A stretch of DNA of 64,000 nucleotides, from the NCBI GenBank assembly GCA_963793595.1, contig CAWCBX010000176.1:42-64041 (forward strand). Reading direction: 5' to 3'. Made by a program: the position numbers and the translations under genes. The stretch is from an uncultured Gammaproteobacteria bacterium. GTDB lineage: Bacteria; Pseudomonadota; Gammaproteobacteria; GCA-001735895. Positions 58,692-64,000 of this stretch are shown here, piece after piece; within the stretch, counting starts at the first letter, position 1; every line of letters begins with the position of its first letter. The notes under the pieces are model-generated. The model saw only the letters and a program-made list of their open reading frames with translations. It had not been told where the DNA came from and searched no databases.

Positions 58692-59908
58692 TCAATCCAG
58701 GTCGTCCACGAAAGCTTTTGCGCCGAAAACTTTTTCCGGCGTACTATCAAAGTTCTCCGCCAGGGTAGCGATGGTAAATCGCATAATCTCGGAAAAAACC
58801 TTGTCCCGGCTCTCGTTTACCGCAATGTGGATATTCGCCCCGTCAGCTTCAGAAAGAAGGTAGGATTGCAGGCGCCAGATTTCATCAAAGTATTGCAGGT
58901 AATGCTCTGCGCCCCGGTCCGGTACGTTGGTGCTGCGCAACTTGATTCTTTGCTGCAGGTGCTTGCGCTTTAACAGGCCCAGCATAATCGGTATTACCAC
59001 GGCATCGGTCTCGGACTGGAATTTTTCCATCAGAGCGGGGTGCATGTGCACGCCTTCGAGCACCAGCGATACGTGTTCGCGCGTCGCGCGCTTTAACACG
59101 GCCTCGATGGCCAGCGACAGCATATCCGCCTGACTTCGGTAACCCTGCACCAATAGCGCCTCGGAGATCTCGTTCTTTGCCGGAAGGATGACCTGGTAAC
59201 CCTTTCCAGGCAGTAAAGGACGACTGGTGCAGCACCGGCATCAGCTGTTCCGGAATCATGGTGCGCATGACCTCGCGCAGCATGTCGGTGGACTGGGTAC
59301 GTACTATTTCCAGACGACTGGCCAGCGTGTTTGCCGTGGAACTCTTGCCGCAGCCGGCGGTACCGCCAATGCAGAAAGATTAGTGCGCGGCCGCTATTGA
59401 TGAAATCGTGCCAGACCAGCCAGCGATGCGCGACGGCTGGACCAAGTTTGCTGGATTGACGCAGGTAGCGGTAGATCAGCATCGCCAGGTTCCTGGATTT
59501 TATGACTTTAATCGACTTGTTGGTCAGGTGCTCCTGCAACATCTGCACCACGTCTTCCGATTCCCTGGATTTGAGCCCTATGGTTTCGAGACTATGCCTG
59601 AATTTAAGGCGTGAAAACGGATTTACTCGTCCGCACTGTTGTTCAACCTCGATCGTTAGCGGAACATTGCGATTCTCGTAACGGTAGACAATATTATCTT
59701 TGCCCAGCGATTTTAGTTGTCCAAGCACCAGCCGATTGAGATCGACCGTGGAAATCAGTGCGGTTTCGGCGAGTTCGTTGCGTATTTCAGACGCAATTTG
59801 AGAGGCTTCCTCAAACTCCAGCCCCGCGTCCTGCAGGCTGCGAATCAGGATGCCCCTCAGAAACGGAATCCGGGTTTCCTCAAGATCTTCTACGAATGTT
59901 TTAGACAA
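58692..59908 (-). pseudogene. ATP-cone plus P-loop 2-phosphoglycerate-kinase-like gene (COG2074-type), broken by at least two frameshifts
   Basis: The N-terminal ATP-cone (MSKTFVEDLEETRIPFLRGIL…) is in one frame. The P-loop IGGTAGCGKSSTANTLASRLEIVRTQSTDMLREVMR is in a second frame, preceded by an in-frame TAA. The C-terminus (…LVQGYRSQADMLSLAIEAVLKRATREHVSLVLEGVHMHP…) is in a third frame. Breaks are near 59366-59380 and at the GGG run 59201-59203. Confidence 0.55.
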
Positions 59909-60046
59909 TTGACTCCCGTGTACGGCAAGGCAGGGTAAATGATGTTGTAACTCTCTATTTTAGTGCTGGAATGCTTGATATGCAAATAAAGAAATGCCGC
60001 GAAATAGTTACACCTGCAGCTGGTGATAGCGGCATAAAAAGAGCGA

Positions 60047-60865
60047 TTAGCCGTAGCGCCCTTCAATATAGTCCGCCGTTTCCTGATGGGCGGGTGTGAC
60101 GAACATGTCGGCGGTATCGGTATGTTCGATGACTTTACCCATCAGCATAAAGATACACTCTTCGCTGGCGCGGCGGGCCTGGGCCATGTTATGCGTCACG
60201 ATCAGGATCGAGTATTTGCCGCGCAGCTCCCAGATCAATTCCTCCACCGCGGCGGTTCCCTTGGGGTCGAGTGCGGAACAGGGCTCATCCATTAACAGGA
60301 CGCTGGGCTTGACCGGCAGCAGGCGGGCGATGCAGAGTTTTTGCTGCTCTTCCAGGGAAAGCTCCGTCGCCTTGCGTTTCAGGTAATCCTTGACCTTGTC
60401 CCACAGCAATACCTGCTGCAAAGCCTGCTCAACAATTTCATCCTCGTCGTCGCGGCTGTATTTCCTGTCCCGGTTGTGTAACTTGTGGCCGAAGAGGATA
60501 TTTTCACGGATCGATGTGGGCAGCGGATTGGGTCGCTGAAACACCATGCCGACCTGTTTACGGACCTGCACCAGCTCCACTTCGGGCGCATAAATGTTAT
60601 TGCCGAACACGTCGATTGAACCGTCGATGCGCACATAACCAAGGCGTTCATTGATCCGGTTTATGCTGCGTAAAAAAGTGGATTTACCGCAACCCGAGGG
60701 TCCGATCAGCGAGGTCACCCGACCTTGCTTGATATCCAGGTTGACATCGAACAAGGCCTGGAATGTGCCGTACCAGAGATTCAGTGCCGAGGTACTGATC
60801 GCCAGTTCGGTGTTCACATCGGGTTCTGACTGGCTCGTATTCATATCGATTCCCGACTCCATCAC
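60047..60865 (-). CDS. pstB: Phosphate ABC transporter ATP-binding protein PstB (canonical copy)
   Basis: GPSGCGKST, LSGGQQQRL-type signature (…LSLEEQQKLCIAR), LLMDEPCSALD, H-loop VTHNMAQA; colinear with E. coli PstB. Confidence 0.85.
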   Translation of the reverse strand: MMESGIDMNTSQSEPDVNTELAISTSALNLWYGTFQALFDVNLDIKQGRVTSLIGPSGCGKSTFLRSINRINERLGYVRIDGSIDVFGNNIYAPEVELVQVRKQVGMVFQRPNPLPTSIRENILFGHKLHNRDRKYSRDDEDEIVEQALQQVLLWDKVKDYLKRKATELSLEEQQKLCIARLLPVKPSVLLMDEPCSALDPKGTAAVEELIWELRGKYSILIVTHNMAQARRASEECIFMLMGKVIEHTDTADMFVTPAHQETADYIEGRYG

Positions 60866-61665
60866 CCGAAGCGCCCTTCGATATAATCGGTGGTGCGCGA
60901 GTCCTTGACCTGGCCACTAAACAGGTCTTCGGTTTCGCCAATTTCCACGCATTCTCCATCGAGAAAGAAGGCCGTGCGATCGGCAAGGCGGCGCGCCTGC
61001 TGTACCAGGTTGGTGACCAGGATGATGCTCATCTCCGGTTTGAGTTCCTTCAGCACGTCCTCGATGCGCATCGTGGTCACCGGGTCCACCGCGATCGAGA
61101 ACTCGTCCAGCATCAGCAGTTCCGGTTCCTGCGACAGTGCCCTCGCGATCGTCAGACGTTGCTGCTGGCCACCGGATAACAGGCTGCCAAGAGAATCCAG
61201 TCGGTCCTTGACCTCGTCCCACAAGGCCGAGCGGGTCAGGCAACGTTCGACGATGACGTCGAGTTCAGCCTTGTCATTGATACCGCGCAAGCGCGGCACG
61301 AACGCCACGTTTTCATAGACGGTGAGCGGCAGCCCCACGGGTAGCGGGAATACGACGCCGATCCGATTACGCAACGCATACACGTTGCGCACGTCGCGGA
61401 TATTAGTGCCTTCAAACAGGATTTCGCCATCGACCGACATGTCCGTGTTGAAATCATTCATCCGGTTCAGGGCTTTGAGGAAAGACGTCTTGCCAGCGTT
61501 GGCCGGCCCGATGATACCGAAGATTTCGTTTTCTCTGACGTCGAGATTAATCCCCGAAATCGCCGTGTCCGAACCGTAGCGGATAGCGACGTCACGCACC
61601 TCGAGCTTGACTGTCGAGTCCGAGGTGCTGGCAACGTTTGCCATGTCTTCAGCCGTGCTTACCAT
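60862..61665 (-). CDS. Second PstB paralogue with H-loop His replaced by Asn
   Basis: GPANAGKTS, LSGGQQQRLTIAR, LLMLDEFSIAVD, but H-loop reads ILVTNLVQQA (N for H). Overlaps pstB and pstA. Confidence 0.75.
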   Translation of the reverse strand: MVSTAEDMANVASTSDSTVKLEVRDVAIRYGSDTAISGINLDVRENEIFGIIGPANAGKTSFLKALNRMNDFNTDMSVDGEILFEGTNIRDVRNVYALRNRIGVVFPLPVGLPLTVYENVAFVPRLRGINDKAELDVIVERCLTRSALWDEVKDRLDSLGSLLSGGQQQRLTIARALSQEPELLMLDEFSIAVDPVTTMRIEDVLKELKPEMSIILVTNLVQQARRLADRTAFFLDGECVEIGETEDLFSGQVKDSRTTDYIEGRFG

Positions 61666-62555
61666 TTCTTTTTCCCGCGCAGGTGCATGCGCAATGCAAT
61701 CGAAGCACTGTTCATTATCAGTACCATGGAAATCAGGACCAGTGCGACGCCGTAGGGCAGGGCGTCGGGAACGTTAGGTACCTGGGTCGCAACCACGAAC
61801 AGATGCAGTGACATGGCCATGGTCTGATCGAAGACGCTCTCCGGCAGGACTGGGATGAAAAACGCCGCGCCGGTGAACATGATCGGTGCGGTCTCGCCGG
61901 TGGTGCGCGAAACCTCGAGAATGACGCCGGTCAGAATGCCGCTGACCGAATTGGGTAATACCACGCGCCGAATCGTTTGCCAGCGCGTGGCGCCCATGTT
62001 CCAGCAGGCTTCCCTGAAGGCATGAGGCACGGCCTGCAGCGATTCACGGGTTGCCACGATGACCACCGGCAGGGTCATGACGGCGAGTGTCATGCTCGCG
62101 GCCAGGATACTGGTGCCGAAACCAAAAAATATGACGAAGGCGCCCACGCCGAATAGTGCGTGCACGATAGAAGGTACGCCCGCCAGGTTGATGATGGCGA
62201 GGTTGATGGCGCGCGTGAACCAGTTATCGGGCGCATACTCACTCAGGTAAACGGCCGCCGCGACGCCGACCGGAACCGAAATTATCAGTGCCACGCCCAC
62301 CAGCCAGACGGTTCCCAGCAGGGCGGGGAAGATGCCGCCTGCGGTCATGCCGTCGGTGGGGTTGCTGAATAGAAAATCGAAGGAAATCATGCTGCTCCCC
62401 TTCACGATCAGGGTTGTCAATATGATTAGCACCGGCAGTATCAGCAGGCCGGCCATCAGCATGAACAGGATCCGAAACAGATTTTCGGTCCGCTTGGCGC
62501 TGACGTTAAGCTCGGTTTCGATGAACTGGTTTTCGACAATACCTGTGCTCGCCAT
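61659..62555 (-). CDS. pstA: Phosphate ABC transporter permease PstA
   Basis: 298 aa, 6 TM, EAA-like loop; position and size as for PstA. Confidence 0.85.
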   Translation of the reverse strand: MASTGIVENQFIETELNVSAKRTENLFRILFMLMAGLLILPVLIILTTLIVKGSSMISFDFLFSNPTDGMTAGGIFPALLGTVWLVGVALIISVPVGVAAAVYLSEYAPDNWFTRAINLAIINLAGVPSIVHALFGVGAFVIFFGFGTSILAASMTLAVMTLPVVIVATRESLQAVPHAFREACWNMGATRWQTIRRVVLPNSVSGILTGVILEVSRTTGETAPIMFTGAAFFIPVLPESVFDQTMAMSLHLFVVATQVPNVPDALPYGVALVLISMVLIMNSASIALRMHLRGKKKW

Positions 62556-62563
62556 GACTTATC

Positions 62564-63517
62564 CTAACTCTTGCGTATACCGCGGACGATCAGGTCAGCG
62601 GTCAGGTTAATAATGAAAGTGATCAGGAAAAGGAAAATTCCGATCGTGAATAATGCCTGGTAATGTGGAGATCCGACTGCTGTTTCGCCCAGTTCAGCAG
62701 CGATGGTCGCGGTTAGCGCGCGCACCGAATCGAATACGCTGCCGGGCATGTTAATCGCGTGTCCGGTCGCCATCAGCACCGCCATGGTCTCGCCGAAACC
62801 CCGGCCGACACCGAGCAGCACGCCGCCCAGCAAGCCATTCTTGGCTGCCGGCAGCACGGTTTTGTAAATCACCTGCCAGCGGGTTCCGCCGAGTGCCTCT
62901 GCCGCCTCGCGATATCGATCCGGCACGGCCTTGAGCGCATCTTCGCTGATCGATGTCATGATCGGAGCAGCCATTAAGCCGAGTATTATTCCGGCGTTGA
63001 GGATATTCAGTCCTACCGGAACGTCGAAGATATCGATGATCAATGGATTCATGATCGACAGCCCGATGAATCCCCAGACCACCGAGGGAATAGCAGCCAG
63101 CAGTTCGATCAGTACCTTCAGGAATTCACGCGTCTTGCCGGTTGCAAACTCGGCAATGTAAATGGCGCTGCCCAGTGAAAACGGGATCGCCACCAGCATT
63201 GCCAGGCCGGTGACACTGGCGGTGCCGGCGATCAGCGCGAGGATGCCGTAAGTTGGTTCATCGTCGTCCGTCGGTTCCCACCACTGTGACAGGAAAAACT
63301 CTTTGAAACTGAAATCTTCGAGCAGGAAACCGAAGCCCTCGACGGTAACGAAAATAAAGATACCGACGATCAGAACGATGGCGGAGATACCGCTCAGGAA
63401 GACCAGGTACTGGACAATCTTATCGATGTACCAGTCGGCATTGCGCTGGTTGATATCCGGCATGTTGCCAGTATTTTGCCTGGGTACCTGGCTCACCTCA
63501 CACGGCCTCGTCGCCAC
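62564..63517 (-). CDS. pstC: Phosphate ABC transporter permease PstC
   Basis: 317 aa; LIELLAAIPSVVWGFIGL matches the PstC conserved segment (IAIELLAAIPSIVYG). Confidence 0.85.
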   Translation of the reverse strand: MATRPCEVSQVPRQNTGNMPDINQRNADWYIDKIVQYLVFLSGISAIVLIVGIFIFVTVEGFGFLLEDFSFKEFFLSQWWEPTDDDEPTYGILALIAGTASVTGLAMLVAIPFSLGSAIYIAEFATGKTREFLKVLIELLAAIPSVVWGFIGLSIMNPLIIDIFDVPVGLNILNAGIILGLMAAPIMTSISEDALKAVPDRYREAAEALGGTRWQVIYKTVLPAAKNGLLGGVLLGVGRGFGETMAVLMATGHAINMPGSVFDSVRALTATIAAELGETAVGSPHYQALFTIGIFLFLITFIINLTADLIVRGIRKS

Positions 63518-64000
63518 GCAACAATGTTAGTAGTTCCCTGATATGCAGCGCCAGGGTTTTGTGTAGCGCTTCCCAGGCCTCCGCATCATCCGTTGGCGGA
63601 ACTTTCACATCTTTCCAGTTCAGGGCCGAGGTCCGAAAGGGGATCTTGACCACCGCCTTGAGGACTTTTTTGTGCAGCCCGACAATGACGTGGTAATGAG
63701 CCAGCGACTCTCGGCTCGTATCGAGTTTTCGGGGGACCAGGCCGGATAAGTTGAAGCCTCGTTCCTCCATAAATGAGACCATGTCCGCATTCAGACTGTC
63801 AGCCGGATGAACTCCGGTGCTCGAATACTCGCCGGCGTGAGGATAAATATTGCGTGCAATCAATTCTGCCATCGGGCCGAGGCAGCTATTGTCTTCGTCG
63901 AGAAACAGAATCCGGTAGACTTTCGGCGTCTTGCTCTCACCGGTTTCAATAAATATGGTTTGCTCTGCGAGGTTCTTGGCCTGGTCGGCAACCCGCTTCA
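63498..64000 (-). CDS. Low-molecular-weight phosphatase (LMW-PTP/ArsC-fold)-like protein; the N-terminus runs off the window end
   Basis: The frame stays open upstream of the annotated Met to the window end (…KVYRILFLDEDNSCLGPMAELIARNIY…). The LMW-PTP-like layout has a variant P-loop (CLGPMAE instead of CxGNxCRS). Confidence 0.45.
   Translation of the reverse strand, partial: KRVADQAKNLAEQTIFIETGESKTPKVYRILFLDEDNSCLGPMAELIARNIYPHAGEYSSTGVHPADSLNADMVSFMEERGFNLSGLVPRKLDTSRESLAHYHVIVGLHKKVLKAVVKIPFRTSALNWKDVKVPPTDDAEAWEALHKTLALHIRELLTLLRGDEAV

Noticed and set aside
58885-59283. 132-aa Arg-rich ORF
   Set aside because: It is the out-of-frame read-through of the P-loop segment of the decayed 2PGK-like gene, not a separate gene.
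1-64000. CRISPR arrays, rRNA/tRNA genes, integrases/transposases, restriction-modification or toxin-antitoxin pairs
   Set aside because: I looked for regularly spaced direct repeats, tRNA-like cloverleaf regions and recombinase/transposase motifs in all listed ORFs and found none. The only repeats are the palindromic elements described.

Overview
This window reads as a gammaproteobacterial-type chromosomal segment, moderately GC-rich by eye, densely packed with housekeeping genes. There are no transposases, integrases, CRISPR arrays or rRNA/tRNA genes visible. Confidently recognised genes include purL (3' end), msrPQ, a yejFABE-like peptide ABC importer, ettA, sucA-sucB, rlmL, mnmH/selU, guaC, ndk, pepN, an ornithine decarboxylase, prfB (with its programmed +1 frameshift), lysS and pstC-pstA-pstB2-pstB.

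The strangest object is at the 5' end. A ~1.8 kb imperfect palindrome (arms meeting at ~1068) sits inside purL and is flanked by a 142-bp direct duplication of purL sequence. The arms are identical over long tracts and divergent in clusters, with indels, and contain no credible coding frame. This is either a fold-back/hairpin-type insertion or a structural or assembly artefact, and the junction reads need checking.

A family of about three structured intergenic palindromic elements (MITE/REP-like) is present at 18.2, 26.1-26.4 and 55.0-55.3 kb. They share a conserved hairpin (ccaaacggc-aaaaaac-gccgtttgg) and a 'cgtcggaccg' core.

Four genes carry single-base frameshifts at or near short homopolymer runs: the yejF-like ATPase, guaC, the ornithine decarboxylase and an ATP-cone/2-phosphoglycerate-kinase-like gene. 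This points to either systematic sequencing error or ongoing gene decay.

Accessory-looking content includes a glycan/EPS-type cluster (13.6-21.6 kb) led by an 895-aa ABC exporter whose ATPase motifs are degenerate and whose NBD carries a ~300-aa insertion. The cluster also holds GT4 and two MurG/PseG-like glycosyltransferases, a NodB-like deacetylase and a histidine phosphatase. There is a cyclic-nucleotide signalling trio (membrane class III cyclase, HD-domain protein, stand-alone cNMP-binding protein). A DedA-flavoprotein disulfide reductase fusion is present. A tandem pstB pair has one H-loop-degenerate copy. A SAM methyltransferase is translationally coupled to the peptide importer.
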